The notes under the pieces were generated by a model. The model did no database searches, was not told the DNA's origin, and worked only from the letters and a program-made list of their open reading frames with translations. Below are positions 41,865 to 52,684 of a DNA stretch of 64,000 nucleotides, piece after piece. The stretch lies in the NCBI GenBank assembly GCA_963976365.1, contig CAXBKH010000005.1, positions 1,730 to 65,729 on the forward strand, in the 5' to 3' direction. The position numbers and the translations under genes were made by a program. Each line of letters starts with the position of its first letter. The stretch's first letter is position 1. The stretch is from an uncultured bacterium. Its GTDB lineage: Bacteria > Pseudomonadota > Gammaproteobacteria > Steroidobacterales > Woeseiaceae.

Positions 41865-42685
41865 TATTTCTTTCCCAGAACGGCACTGGCTACTTTCAGT
41901 GCGTCGACCGTCTGCCTGACATCATGTGCTCGAATAATTGCCGCACCGTTCAATACCGCAATGACGGCCGCAGCAATACTTGCCGGCATGCGCTCGCCGA
42001 TATCCCGCCCACTGATCTCGCCCAATGTTGATTTGCGCGACACCCCGACCAGAATCGGCAATTCAAGCCGGCGCAATTGTCGCAGATTTGCGAGCAACTC
42101 GACATTATGAATGTGGGCTTTGCCAAAGCCGAATCCAGGGTCGATGCAGATTCGGTCCCTGGAAATGCCGGCATCGACGCACGCGCGAACCCGTTCGCCG
42201 AGAAATTCCGTGACTTCTCGCGCGACATCATCGTATTGCGGATTCTGCTGCATCGTTCTTGGCCGTCCCTGCATGTGCATCAGGCAAACCGCAACCTCAA
42301 GTTCCGCCGCGGCAGCCAGGGCATCGGCGTCCCGGAGCGCAAGCACATCGTTAATCATCGATGCTCCCGCCGCAACGGCGGCGCGCATGACTTCCGCCTT
42401 GCTGGTATCCACAGAGATTGGCAGGTCACTCGCACGTCGCAGAGCCTCGATCACCGGAATAACACGATCCAGTTCTTCAGCAACTGCCACTGCATTGGCG
42501 CCCGGGCGAGTCGATTCCCCACCGACATCAATAAGAGCGGCGCCATCGGCTGCCATGATTTCAGCCTGGCGCAACGCCAGGTCGACCGTATCAAATCGCC
42601 CGCCGTCCGAGAACGAGTCCGGAGTAACATTGAGGATGCCCATCACCGACGGATTCGCGATGCGGACTGACCCTAGCTTGAGCAA
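41864..42685 (-). CDS. folP: Dihydropteroate synthase
   Basis: 273 aa. Motifs: GILNVTPDSFSDGG, IDVGGESTRPG, DPGFGFGK. Confidence 0.95.
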   Translation of the reverse strand: MLKLGSVRIANPSVMGILNVTPDSFSDGGRFDTVDLALRQAEIMAADGAALIDVGGESTRPGANAVAVAEELDRVIPVIEALRRASDLPISVDTSKAEVMRAAVAAGASMINDVLALRDADALAAAAELEVAVCLMHMQGRPRTMQQNPQYDDVAREVTEFLGERVRACVDAGISRDRICIDPGFGFGKAHIHNVELLANLRQLRRLELPILVGVSRKSTLGEISGRDIGERMPASIAAAVIAVLNGAAIIRAHDVRQTVDALKVASAVLGKK

Positions 42686-42698
42686 GCGTTTTCAGGCC

Positions 42699-44627
42699 CT
42701 AGTGTTCGCGGGCCGGTCCACCAATTCCGCCGGGCGCATCGCTTGACTCCGCTGTCGCAGAACCATCGCTCGGGCCTTTCGGGTCCGGCAGATCAATCCA
42801 GTCTTTCGGTTCCCTGGGTTCGCGACCTGCCATGATGTCGTCGACTTGTTCCTTGTCAATGGTTTCGTATCGCATCAGCGCTTTCGCCATGACATGCAGC
42901 TTGTCGAGATTGTCCTTGAGGATTTTGCTCGCGCGCTGATAGTTGGTATCAATGATTTTGCGTACTTCTTCATCAATCGTGTGAGCGGTATCGTCGGAAA
43001 CCTGCTTATGCTGAGTGACTGAACGGCCAAGAAAAACCTCGCCGTCGTCCTCGCTGTAGGTCAACGGCCCCAATCGATCGGACAAGCCCCATTTGGTCAC
43101 CATGTTGCGTGCAATTTCAGTGGCGCGTTCGATGTCGTTGGATGCGCCTGTCGTGACGCCGTCTGGACCGTTTATCATCTCCTCCGCAATACGCCCGCCA
43201 AACAGCGTCGAGATATGACTCTCGAGGCGTTGCTTCGAGGTGCTGTAGCGATCCTCTTCGGGCAAGTACATCGTGACACCCAGTGCACGACCACGCGGAA
43301 TGATCGTGACCTTATAAACAGGGTCATGCTCAGGCATCAGGTAACCGACAATTGCGTGGCCAGCTTCGTGATACGCCGTGTTGAGCTTTTCGTCCTCGCT
43401 CATGACCATAGAACGGCGTTCCGTTCCCATCATGATCTTGTCTTTCGCCAGTTCGAATTGCTTCATACTGACGACCCGCTTGTTCTCGCGCGCTGCAAAC
43501 AAGGCGGCCTCGTTGACCAGGTTCGCAAGATCAGCACCGGAGAAACCCGGCGTTCCGCGCGCGATAATGCTCGGGATGACATCGTCATCAAGCGGCACTT
43601 TTCGCATGTGCACCTTCAGGATCTGCTCGCGCCCTCGTATATCGGGCAACGGCACGACCACCTGGCGATCGAAACGTCCTGGACGCAACAAGGCCGGATC
43701 CAGTACGTCAGGCCTGTTGGTTGCAGCGATTACGATAATTCCTTCACTGCCTTCGAAACCATCCATTTCGACAAGCATCTGGTTCAGCGTCTGCTCGCGC
43801 TCATCGTGACCGCCGCCGAGACCGGCGCCGCGGTGCCGACCAACGGCATCGAGCTCATCGATGAAAATAATGCACGGCGCCTGTTTCTTTGCCTGGTCGA
43901 ACATGTCACGCACGCGCGATGCACCAACGCCGACAAACATTTCAACAAAATCGGAACCGGATATCGTGAAGAACGGAACTTTGGCTTCGCCGGCGATCGC
44001 TCGCGCAAGCAAAGTCTTACCGGTGCCTGGCGGTCCAACCATCAAGACGCCCTTGGGAATTTTGCCACCCAGGCGCTGGAACTTACTCGGGTCTTTGAGG
44101 AATTCGACGACTTCCTCAACTTCTTCCTTCGCCTCTTCGACACCGGCAACATCTGCAAATGTCACGCCGACCTGATCTTCGCCCAGCAATCGCGCCTTGC
44201 TCTTGCCGAACGACATGGCGCCACGACCACCACCACCGCCTTGCATCTGGCGCATGAAATAAATCCATACACCGATTAGCAACAAGATCGGGAACGAATT
44301 GATCAACAGCGTGCCGATCAGGCTCTGCGACTTGGGATCTGCCCCGGTGAACTTCACGTTATTCTCATCGAGCAACCCGATGAGCGTGTTGTTGTCAGTT
44401 TCCGGGCTTATCGTATAGAACGGCAAAGGCTCGGAGCGCCCGTAACGAATCTGGTCTTCATCGATAACAGCGACCGACACATTGCCGGAACGAACCGCAT
44501 CGAGAAACTCCGAGTAGTCCTTCTTCTGGGGCTGACCTGCGCCGGCACCAGAAAGGCCCTGCACTACCGACAGAAGAACGACGATAATGACGATAAATAC
44601 AAGTATGTTTTTGGTTAAATCATTCAC
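42699..44627 (-). CDS. ftsH: ATP-dependent zinc metalloprotease FtsH
   Basis: 642 aa. Walker A is [11 protein letters not shown], the SRH is present, and the zinc site is HEAGHAIV. Confidence 0.97.
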   Translation of the reverse strand: MNDLTKNILVFIVIIVVLLSVVQGLSGAGAGQPQKKDYSEFLDAVRSGNVSVAVIDEDQIRYGRSEPLPFYTISPETDNNTLIGLLDENNVKFTGADPKSQSLIGTLLINSFPILLLIGVWIYFMRQMQGGGGGRGAMSFGKSKARLLGEDQVGVTFADVAGVEEAKEEVEEVVEFLKDPSKFQRLGGKIPKGVLMVGPPGTGKTLLARAIAGEAKVPFFTISGSDFVEMFVGVGASRVRDMFDQAKKQAPCIIFIDELDAVGRHRGAGLGGGHDEREQTLNQMLVEMDGFEGSEGIIVIAATNRPDVLDPALLRPGRFDRQVVVPLPDIRGREQILKVHMRKVPLDDDVIPSIIARGTPGFSGADLANLVNEAALFAARENKRVVSMKQFELAKDKIMMGTERRSMVMSEDEKLNTAYHEAGHAIVGYLMPEHDPVYKVTIIPRGRALGVTMYLPEEDRYSTSKQRLESHISTLFGGRIAEEMINGPDGVTTGASNDIERATEIARNMVTKWGLSDRLGPLTYSEDDGEVFLGRSVTQHKQVSDDTAHTIDEEVRKIIDTNYQRASKILKDNLDKLHVMAKALMRYETIDKEQVDDIMAGREPREPKDWIDLPDPKGPSDGSATAESSDAPGGIGGPAREH

Positions 44628-44636
44628 GTTTCGACA

Positions 44637-45266
44637 CTACACCAATTGATAATTGCGCGCTACCAAGTACACCTCGCGGCTACCGGCCCGCGAGGCCTTG
44701 GGCTTCATCACCCGGACCTTCTTGAAAGAGCTCCTGGCATCGACGACAAAGCCGTCAAATCCTTCGCCTTGAAATACCTTGCATATAAAACTTCCGCCTG
44801 GCTTGAGTACCCGCCGGGCCATATCGAGGGCCAACTCAACCAGGTACATGGATCTGGGCTGGTCTACGCCTTTGATTCCGCTGATATTGGGGGCCATATC
44901 GCTCATTACAAGGTCCACGCCACCATTACCTACTGCCTCCAGCAATGCGGCGAACACAGTATCGTCTTCAAAATCGCCCTGGATAAACTCAACGTCCGGC
45001 AGCGCGTCCATTGCCAACAGATCCACGGCGACAATCCGGACCCGACCATTGAGGCGCCGGCTAATATACTGGCTCCAACCGCCGGGCGCCGAACCCAGGT
45101 CGAGGCAGACCATGTCCGGGCGAATGAGGCGCTCCTTCTGATCGATCTGCTCGAGCTTGTACACGGCCCGCGAACGCCAGCCGTCGCGCCGTGCCTGTTG
45201 CACGTAAGGGTCACGTTCCTGCCGATCTCGCCAGCTGCCGCTTGAGCTGCGGGGCTTGCTCATCAA
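44637..45266 (-). CDS. rlmE: 23S rRNA (uridine2552-2'-O)-methyltransferase RlmE/FtsJ
   Basis: 209 aa. Motifs: RSRAVYKLEQID and DLGSAPGGWSQ. It is in the conserved position upstream of ftsH. Confidence 0.93.
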   Translation of the reverse strand: MMSKPRSSSGSWRDRQERDPYVQQARRDGWRSRAVYKLEQIDQKERLIRPDMVCLDLGSAPGGWSQYISRRLNGRVRIVAVDLLAMDALPDVEFIQGDFEDDTVFAALLEAVGNGGVDLVMSDMAPNISGIKGVDQPRSMYLVELALDMARRVLKPGGSFICKVFQGEGFDGFVVDARSSFKKVRVMKPKASRAGSREVYLVARNYQLV

Positions 45267-45321
45267 AAATCCTTATCTCCAAAACGGACGCTGCCGCGAC
45301 ACACTGATACAATTCGCGCCC

Positions 45322-45630
45322 ATGATACTGACCGAATCCCAAAAGAAGTACCTGCGAGGCCGTGGCCACCAGCTCAAACCCATTATCACGGTGGGCAATG
45401 CCGGCCTGTCTGAATCCGTCCTGGCTGAGTTTGAGACAACACTGGCGCATCACGAGCTTATCAAGGTCAAAGTGCGCTCCGGTGACCGCGACGTTCGCGA
45501 CCAAATCATCAAGCAACTCTGCGACAATCAATCGGCAATTCTTGTGCAACGCATCGGCAATATCGCATTGCTGTATCGTGCGAATCCCGACAAGAAGCCG
45601 GAGGCGCGGCTCCGGATTCCGTCCAGCTAA
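45322..45630 (+). CDS. yhbY: CRM-domain RNA-binding protein YhbY
   Basis: The start is at ATG 45322 ([33 protein letters not shown]...). It is divergent from rlmE, as in E. coli. Confidence 0.88.
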   Translation: MILTESQKKYLRGRGHQLKPIITVGNAGLSESVLAEFETTLAHHELIKVKVRSGDRDVRDQIIKQLCDNQSAILVQRIGNIALLYRANPDKKPEARLRIPSS

Positions 45631-46103
45631 ACGTAGCTGACCGCAATCACTTCGTAAGACTTTTCTCCGTCCGGCGCATTGAACTCGACGAGGTCGCCCT
45701 CTTCTTTACTGATCAGGGCACGAGCAATCGGCGATGTGTAGGAAATCAGGCCCGTTTTAATATCAGCCTCATCCTCGCCGACGATTTTGTACGAAATTTC
45801 CTTGCCACTTTCATCGTCAAGCAGTTTCACCGTCGAGCCGAAGATGACTTTTCCGCCGGCGTTGATTTCTGTCACATCGATAACCTGAACGTTCGACAGT
45901 TTGCCTTCCAGTTCTTTGATGCGCCCCTCAATAAAGCTCTGCTGTTCCTTTGCTGCATGATACTCGGCGTTTTCTTTCAAATCGCCGTGTTCACGCGCTG
46001 CGGCAATCGCCTTGATCACAGTCGGGCGATCCTCACTTTTGAGCTTCTTCAGTTCTTTTTGCAGCAGATCGTGTCCGCGTACCGTCATAGGCACCTTATT
46101 CAT
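45627..46103 (-). CDS. greA: Transcription elongation factor GreA
   Basis: 158 aa. Motifs: [18 protein letters not shown] ... [12 protein letters not shown]. Confidence 0.96.
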   Translation of the reverse strand: MNKVPMTVRGHDLLQKELKKLKSEDRPTVIKAIAAAREHGDLKENAEYHAAKEQQSFIEGRIKELEGKLSNVQVIDVTEINAGGKVIFGSTVKLLDDESGKEISYKIVGEDEADIKTGLISYTSPIARALISKEEGDLVEFNAPDGEKSYEVIAVSYV

Positions 46104-49100
46104 GCCAGCACCTCATTGTGCAAATCCTGCAATCGATTGACCTCGCCATTGTCCAGATACTCGATGGCGCGGCAAGTTGCGACAGCAGCCCCAAGCGTCG
46201 TGTAGTAGGTAACGTTTCGGCGTACCGCCTCGGCGCGAATCGACAATGACTCGACGATCGCCTGCTTACCTTCTGTCGTATTGACGATCAGGTCGATCTC
46301 ACCATTCTTGATCATATCCACAATATGGGGTCGACCCTCACGTACTTTGTTCGCACGCCGGCAAAATATACCACTCCGGGCAAGGCGCTCTGCCGTTCCG
46401 TGAGTCGCGACGATATCAAAACCCATTTCGATCAACAGCTTGGCAAGTTCGACCGCGCCTTCCTTGTCGCGTTCCCTGACCGACAGCAATGCGGCGCCCT
46501 GTCGAGGCAGTATAACGCCGGAGGCCAGTTGCGCTTTCGCATAGGCCTCGCCGAAACTGCGGCCTACGCCCATGACCTCGCCGGTTGACTTCATTTCCGG
46601 CCCAAGAATCGGGTCGCTGCCAGGGAACTTGATAAACGGGAACACCGCCTCTTTCACCGAAAAGTACTCCGGTATGCGCTGATTGACGATGCCCTGCTTG
46701 GCCAGTGTTTCACCAACCATGACCTTGGCGGCAATTTTTGCCAGCGGCAATCCGACGGCCTTGGATACAAATGGGGCCGTTCGCGACGCGCGCGGGTTCA
46801 CTTCGAGCAGATAGACAATGTTGTTCTGGATGGCGAATTGCGTATTCATCAACCCGACGACATTCAATCCCTTCGCAAGCTTTACGACCTGCTCTTCGAT
46901 TTCTTTCTGAATCTCCTGGCTCAGGCTGAATGGCGGCAACGAGCAACTCGAGTCTCCGGAATGAACACCGGCCTGCTCAATATGCTCCATTATTCCGCCA
47001 ATCAGTACCCGTTCCCCGTCGCAGATACAATCAACATCAACTTCGGTAGCCAGATCGAGGAACCGATCCAGCAGGACCGGGCTGTCATTCGACACATTAA
47101 TCGCAGCGTCCATGTATTGCGCGAGATCCTCGTTATTGTGAACGACCTCCATCGCACGCCCGCCGAGAACGTAAGACGGTCGCACAATTAGCGGAAATCC
47201 GACATCGGCCGCCAGCCGGAGCGCCTCGTCCTTATTACGCGCGGTGCAATTCGGTGGTTGCTTAAGCTCCAGGCGCTCGACCAGTTTCTGAAATCGCTCC
47301 CGGTCTTCAGCAAGGTCAATTGAATCCGGTGACGTGCCGATGATTGGCGCACCCGCCGCTTCGAGATCCCGGGCGAGCTTCAATGGCGTCTGACCGCCGT
47401 ATTGAACAATCACGCCTTTCGGCTTCTCCTTGTCGATGATTTCCATGACATCTTCAAAAGTCAGAGACTCGAAGTACAGTCGATCCGATGTGTCGTAGTC
47501 GGTCGAAACCGTCTCCGGATTGCAATTGACCATGATGGTCTCGTACCCGGACTCTTTAAGTGCGAGTGCCGCATGAACACAGCAGTAATCGAATTCGATA
47601 CCCTGCCCGATTCGATTCGGGCCGCCGCCCAGGATCATGATCTTGGGTTTGTCGGTGGGCTCTGCTTCGCACTCGTCTTCATAGGTCGAATAGAGGTACG
47701 CCGTGCTGGTTTCGAACTCGGCAGCGCAGGTATCAACGCGCTTGTAGACCGGCCGAATACCCAGTTCCAGTCGGCGTTTTCGGACAAGCGCTTCCTTGAC
47801 GCCGAGAATGGCGGCCATCCTGGCGTCTGCGAAGCCCTTGCGCTTCATCGCACGCATGAATGCCGCGTCCAGACCCGCAATACCTGCATCCTTGATGTGG
47901 CCTTCGGCGTTCACCAGGTCGGCAATCTGCACCACAAACCACGGATCGATCCCGGTTAGCTTTGCGACATCTTCATAGGAATAGCCGTGACGCAATGCAT
48001 CAGCAACATAGAGTAAACGGTTCGGCCCGGGCATTCTCAATTCGTGCCGCAACCTGTCTCGATCCGCATCGGTGGCGATCGGCCCACAGATCTCATCCAG
48101 CCCGTTTATGCCGGTTTCAAGACCGCGCAGCGCCTTCTGCAGGGATTCCTGGAACGTTCGACCCATCGCCATGACTTCACCGACGGACTTCATCTGGGTG
48201 GTCAACCGGTCATTGGCCCCGGGAAACTTCTCAAAAGTAAAACGCGGAATCTTTGTGACAACATAGTCAATCGTTGGCTCGAATGATGCCGGCGTTGCCC
48301 CACCCGTAATATCATTTTGCAATTCATCGAGCGTATAACCGACCGCCAGTTTCGCTGCGACTTTCGCGATCGGAAATCCGGTCGCCTTTGAAGCCAGTGC
48401 CGAGGAACGTGACACGCGCGGATTCATTTCGATGATCAGTACACGCCCAGTTTTGGGGCAAATCGCAAATTGCACGTTCGAGCCGCCCGTTTCGACGCCG
48501 ATTTTTCGCAGGACATCGATCGACGCATCGCGCAGACGCTGGTATTCCTTGTCTGTGAGGGTTTGCGCAGGGGCGACGGTGATCGAATCCCCGGTATGCA
48601 CACCCATCGGGTCGAAATTCTCAATCGAACAGACAATGATGCAGTTGTCGTTCCGGTCGCGAACGACCTCCATTTCGAATTCTTTCCACCCGATTACGGA
48701 TTCTTCGAGCAAGACCTCAGTCGTTGGCGACATTTCCAGGCCGTGCGTAACAATCCGTTCGAACTCCTCCCGGTTGTAGGCAATGCCGCCACCCGTGCCA
48801 CCCAGCGTGAAAGACGGGCGAATAATGGTCGGGAATCCAATGTTTGCCTGCTTTTCAAATGCCTCGTCAATCGAGTGTGCGATTTCTGCGCGCGGGCTTT
48901 CCAGCCCGATCTCAGACATTGCAATACGAAACAGGTCGCGGTCCTCGGCCATGTCGATCGCATCGCGAGAGGCAGCAATGAGCTCAACCTTGTATTTCTC
49001 CAGCACGCCTTCTCGAACGAGATCAAGAGCACAGTTCAATGCGGTTTGGCCACCCATTGTCGGCAGCAGTGCGTCCGGCCGTTCTTTCTCGATGATGCGC

Positions 49101-49324
49101 TCGACGGCCGTCCAGTGAACCGGCTCGATGTAAATCGCGTCGGCCATATCCGGGTCCGTCATGATCGTCGCAGGGTTGGAATTCACGAGAATGACCCGGA
49201 ACCCCTCTTCGCGAAGCGCCTTGCAGGCCTGCGCGCCAGAATAGTCAAACTCGCAGGCCTGGCCGATGACAATCGGTCCGGCGCCAATGATCAGGATGCT
49301 GTCAATGTCTGTGCGTTTAGGCAT
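46100..49324 (-). CDS. carB: Carbamoyl-phosphate synthase large subunit
   Basis: 1074 aa with duplicated ATP-grasp halves and an MGS-like C-terminal domain. Confidence 0.97.
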   Translation of the reverse strand: MPKRTDIDSILIIGAGPIVIGQACEFDYSGAQACKALREEGFRVILVNSNPATIMTDPDMADAIYIEPVHWTAVERIIEKERPDALLPTMGGQTALNCALDLVREGVLEKYKVELIAASRDAIDMAEDRDLFRIAMSEIGLESPRAEIAHSIDEAFEKQANIGFPTIIRPSFTLGGTGGGIAYNREEFERIVTHGLEMSPTTEVLLEESVIGWKEFEMEVVRDRNDNCIIVCSIENFDPMGVHTGDSITVAPAQTLTDKEYQRLRDASIDVLRKIGVETGGSNVQFAICPKTGRVLIIEMNPRVSRSSALASKATGFPIAKVAAKLAVGYTLDELQNDITGGATPASFEPTIDYVVTKIPRFTFEKFPGANDRLTTQMKSVGEVMAMGRTFQESLQKALRGLETGINGLDEICGPIATDADRDRLRHELRMPGPNRLLYVADALRHGYSYEDVAKLTGIDPWFVVQIADLVNAEGHIKDAGIAGLDAAFMRAMKRKGFADARMAAILGVKEALVRKRRLELGIRPVYKRVDTCAAEFETSTAYLYSTYEDECEAEPTDKPKIMILGGGPNRIGQGIEFDYCCVHAALALKESGYETIMVNCNPETVSTDYDTSDRLYFESLTFEDVMEIIDKEKPKGVIVQYGGQTPLKLARDLEAAGAPIIGTSPDSIDLAEDRERFQKLVERLELKQPPNCTARNKDEALRLAADVGFPLIVRPSYVLGGRAMEVVHNNEDLAQYMDAAINVSNDSPVLLDRFLDLATEVDVDCICDGERVLIGGIMEHIEQAGVHSGDSSCSLPPFSLSQEIQKEIEEQVVKLAKGLNVVGLMNTQFAIQNNIVYLLEVNPRASRTAPFVSKAVGLPLAKIAAKVMVGETLAKQGIVNQRIPEYFSVKEAVFPFIKFPGSDPILGPEMKSTGEVMGVGRSFGEAYAKAQLASGVILPRQGAALLSVRERDKEGAVELAKLLIEMGFDIVATHGTAERLARSGIFCRRANKVREGRPHIVDMIKNGEIDLIVNTTEGKQAIVESLSIRAEAVRRNVTYYTTLGAAVATCRAIEYLDNGEVNRLQDLHNEVLA

Positions 49325-49400
49325 TTACGCTGAGTCTACCGATTCGAAAACTGATTAAGTAAGTTTAATAAGTATTTGTTTAATATGTATGTTTTTCTAA

Positions 49401-50558
49401 TCACGAAGACAGCATGGCTTTAATTCCGCGTTTCTTCTGTTCGTCCATGTATTCGATAAACCGCTCGAATAACGACAGCAGGTCGTGCGGACCCGGGCTG
49501 GCCTCGGGATGACCCTGAAAGCTGAAGGCCGGCTTGCCTTTGATTTCGATGCCTTGCAGGGTGCCATCAAACAGCGACCGGTGGGTCGCTATGACATCGT
49601 CAGGTAACGATGCCTCATCGACGGCAAACCCGTGGTTTTGGCTGGTGATTGTGACCCGGCCGGTTTCAAGGTCCTGAACCGGGTGATTCGCACCATGGTG
49701 CCCGAATTTCATTTTCTCGGTCTTTGCGCCGGCGGCCAGCGCCAACAGCTGGTGACCCAGGCAGATCCCGAATACCGGGATTCCGGTGTCCAGGAAGGAC
49801 TGGATGGCGCTGATAGCATAATCACAGGGCTCCGGATCGCCGGGTCCGTTCGACAAAAAGATGCCATCCGGCAGCAGCGCCATCGCTTCCTCGGCACTGG
49901 TCGTCGCCGGTACGACCGTCAGGCGGCAATCCAGGTCCGAAAGCAGGCGCAGAATGTTGCGTTTCACGCCGAAATCGTAAGCAACCACGTGGTACGGCGC
50001 GATTCGTCGGCTCATGATCCGCGGCTTTCGTCCAAACGTCGTACCCAGGCACCACTGGTAACGCTCCTTGGTCGTCACGAACTTGGCAAGATCCATGCCC
50101 GCGATACCAGGAAACTTGCGGGCGTGTTTGACGGCGGTATCGGTCGCTTGCTCGCCCGTCATGATGCAGCCGGACTGGGCGCCCTTCTCGCGAATAATGC
50201 GCGTCAGGCGCCGTGTGTCGATGTCGGCGATCGCGACGGTCCCCGCCTGGCGGAGAAATTCTGCGAACGTGCGCTCCGAGCGCCAGCTGCTGGTCAGCAT
50301 CGAGCTGTCTCGAACAATCAGTCCGGATGCGTGGACCCGCGCCGATTCCATGTCGTCGCTGTTTGTACCGGTATTGCCGATGTGCGGATAAGTCAGCGTG
50401 ACGATCTGGCGGCAATACGAAGGATCAGTCAGGATCTCCTGGTAGCCGGTCATCGCAGTATTGAACACCACCTCGCCGATGGTCTGGCCATCGGCACCGA
50501 TCGACGTACCGTGGAAAATAGTGCCATCCTGGAGCGCGAGTATTGCGGGTGTTCTCAA
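49401..50558 (-). CDS. carA: Carbamoyl-phosphate synthase small (glutaminase) subunit
   Basis: 385 aa with the GATase active site GICLGHQLL. Confidence 0.96.
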   Translation of the reverse strand: MRTPAILALQDGTIFHGTSIGADGQTIGEVVFNTAMTGYQEILTDPSYCRQIVTLTYPHIGNTGTNSDDMESARVHASGLIVRDSSMLTSSWRSERTFAEFLRQAGTVAIADIDTRRLTRIIREKGAQSGCIMTGEQATDTAVKHARKFPGIAGMDLAKFVTTKERYQWCLGTTFGRKPRIMSRRIAPYHVVAYDFGVKRNILRLLSDLDCRLTVVPATTSAEEAMALLPDGIFLSNGPGDPEPCDYAISAIQSFLDTGIPVFGICLGHQLLALAAGAKTEKMKFGHHGANHPVQDLETGRVTITSQNHGFAVDEASLPDDVIATHRSLFDGTLQGIEIKGKPAFSFQGHPEASPGPHDLLSLFERFIEYMDEQKKRGIKAMLSS

Positions 50559-50634
50559 CGACTGTCCTCAAATGATCTGGCTGAAAAGACCACTCAAAGA
50601 TCAGGTTGTCGCACTATCTTCAGACTGCAGATGC

Positions 50635-50662
50635 ACAAAAGCGGAAGGACTTTGCCTCCCGC
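50635..50662 (-). terminator. Hairpin + T-run between dapB and carA (dapB terminator or carA leader attenuator)
   Basis: Minus strand: GCGGGAGG-caaagt-CCTTCCGC-TTTTGT, an 8-bp stem with one G-U pair. It lies 77-104 nt upstream of the carA start. Confidence 0.5.
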
Positions 50663-50763
50663 TCGCGACTTCGCCGACCGCCCAGCGATCCGGCGTAGTT
50701 TACTGAAGGGTGGCTGGCTGCGCCAGACTGAATCGGGATTTTTTTCGGTCATCCAGGAAAAAT

Positions 50764-51459
50764 TCAGGTCCTGAACAACACATCCTGCATCGTGTACAAA
50801 GCCGGAGGCTGCTTGAGCACCCATCGCGCAGCGCGTAGTGCACCGTCGACGAATACCTGTCGGGTCGTCACGCTATGGCCAAAGGTCAGGGTTTCGGTCG
50901 GCGTTCGCATGGTGACCTGGTGGTCACCGGGCACCTCACCACGACGTTCCGACTCAAATCTAATGTGGTCTGTACCGGACTCGCCGCGCGCCTCGGCAAT
51001 GGCTTCGCCGAGCTTCAGTGCGGTGCCCGACGGCGCATCTTTCTTGTGCACGTGATGAACTTCGGCGATTGAAACCTCGAACGCGGTCCCCAAGGCCATG
51101 GCGGCTTGTCTGACCGAGCGTTCCAGCACTGCGATTCCGAGGCTCATGTTGCGGTCGTAGACAAGTGGCACGCGCATCGCCGTGTCGCGAAGCTTGCGAT
51201 TGAGCCGGTCACCCAGGCCACTGACACCGCACACCAAAGGCACCTCGTTCCGGGCTGCAGCTTGCAAAACCAACTCGGTACCTTGCGGAAGGCTGAAATC
51301 AATGGCGACGTCGGCATTCGCCAGCAGAGCATCGAGATCCGTTCCCTTGCGCCACACACCGACAAGCTCGAGATCCGACTGGTCCTCGATCGACGCAGCC
51401 AGTGCCTGGCCCATACGACCCGCACCTGCAATTACAATTCGTATCGATTTAATGACCAG
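50764..51459 (-). CDS. dapB: 4-hydroxy-tetrahydrodipicolinate reductase (start codon uncertain, apparently non-canonical)
   Basis: The track ORF starts at ATG 51414 (MGQALAAS...). The same frame stays open upstream and encodes ...LVIKSIRIVIAGAGR, the Rossmann GxGxxG segment of DapB. No ATG, GTG or TTG occurs between the upstream in-frame stop and 51414. Candidate starts are CTG at 51459 or 51468 and ATT at 51453. Confidence 0.8.
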   Translation of the reverse strand: MVIKSIRIVIAGAGRMGQALAASIEDQSDLELVGVWRKGTDLDALLANADVAIDFSLPQGTELVLQAAARNEVPLVCGVSGLGDRLNRKLRDTAMRVPLVYDRNMSLGIAVLERSVRQAAMALGTAFEVSIAEVHHVHKKDAPSGTALKLGEAIAEARGESGTDHIRFESERRGEVPGDHQVTMRTPTETLTFGHSVTTRQVFVDGALRAARWVLKQPPALYTMQDVLFRT

Positions 51460-51485
51460 CCCCGACAGTGCCTGCGACGTTAATA

Positions 51486-52616
51486 CTAGCTGATTCGCTC
51501 GAAAAATCGCTTAACCGTATCCAGCCAGCCATCCGCTCGAGGACTGTGTTTGTCGCCGCCAGTCCGGAGTGACTTATCGAACTTTTCCAATAACTCGCGT
51601 TGCTCGGCATTGAGGTTGACCGGCGTCTCAACCGACACTTCGGCAAACAAGTCGCCTTTGCGTGGGTCTCGAACCGTGATGACACCCTTGCCTCGCAATC
51701 GAAACGTTTTCCCGGACTGGGTGCCAGCCGGTATTTTCAATGACACATTGCCGTCCAGTGTCGGCAACTCAACTTCTCCACCCAGAGTCGCCGCGGCAAA
51801 ACTGACTGGCACTACGCACGACAGGTTGGCGCCGTCCCGCTCGAATATCTTGTGCCTGCTGACCCGGATTTCCACGTAAAGGTCGCCGGGCGGGCCACCA
51901 TTGCGGCCTGCCTCGCCCTCCCCGGACAAACGAATCCGGTCACCGTCATCCACACCGGCTGGTACCTTCACAGAAAGCGTGCGGGTCTTGCGAATCCGAC
52001 CTCGCCCATGGCAGTCGCCGCAGGGATCTTTAATCGTTGTGCCCACACCCTTACACGCCGGGCAAGTTTGCTGCACGGAGAAAAAGCCTTGCTGCATGCG
52101 GACCTGGCCGACGCCACCGCAAGTCGAGCAGGTCTCCGGAGTCGTTCCTTTCCGGGCACCGGAGCCCTTGCAGGTTCCGCAGCTCACCTGGGTCGGCACG
52201 TCAATTTCGACCGTATCGCCGGCGACCGCTCTTTCGAGCTCCAGTTTCAGCTCGTAGCCAAGATCGGCACCTCGAAAGACCTGCGAACCGCCTCCACGGC
52301 GTCCGCCGCCGAAAATGTCTCCGAAAACATCGCCAAAGATGTCACCAAATCCCTCAGCACCGAAGCCGCCGTGTCCGCCCGCCCGGGCTCGCAAGCCGTC
52401 ATGGCCGAACTGGTCATAGGCAGCACGTTTTTCCGGGTCTTTCAGGACTTCGTAGGCTTCCTTTGCCTCCTTGAATTTCGTTTCGGACGCATTGTCACCA
52501 TCCTTGTTGCGGTCCGGATGGTGCTTCATCGCGAGCCGCCGGTAGGATTTCTTGATCTCGTCGGCACTTGCCGATTTGGAGATCCCGAGAACTTCGTAGT
52601 AGTCGCGCTTGGCCAT
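51486..52616 (-). CDS. dnaJ: Molecular chaperone DnaJ
   Basis: The start is at ATG 52616 ([17 protein letters not shown]). It has a J-domain with HPD, a G/F region, and four CxxCxGxG zinc-finger repeats. Confidence 0.96.
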   Translation of the reverse strand: MAKRDYYEVLGISKSASADEIKKSYRRLAMKHHPDRNKDGDNASETKFKEAKEAYEVLKDPEKRAAYDQFGHDGLRARAGGHGGFGAEGFGDIFGDVFGDIFGGGRRGGGSQVFRGADLGYELKLELERAVAGDTVEIDVPTQVSCGTCKGSGARKGTTPETCSTCGGVGQVRMQQGFFSVQQTCPACKGVGTTIKDPCGDCHGRGRIRKTRTLSVKVPAGVDDGDRIRLSGEGEAGRNGGPPGDLYVEIRVSRHKIFERDGANLSCVVPVSFAAATLGGEVELPTLDGNVSLKIPAGTQSGKTFRLRGKGVITVRDPRKGDLFAEVSVETPVNLNAEQRELLEKFDKSLRTGGDKHSPRADGWLDTVKRFFERIS

Positions 52617-52684
52617 AGATTTCTTTTTGTTTTCGGGCGCCATGACGGCGCCCGAACTGTAGCTCAATCGTTAATCAGAAAATA

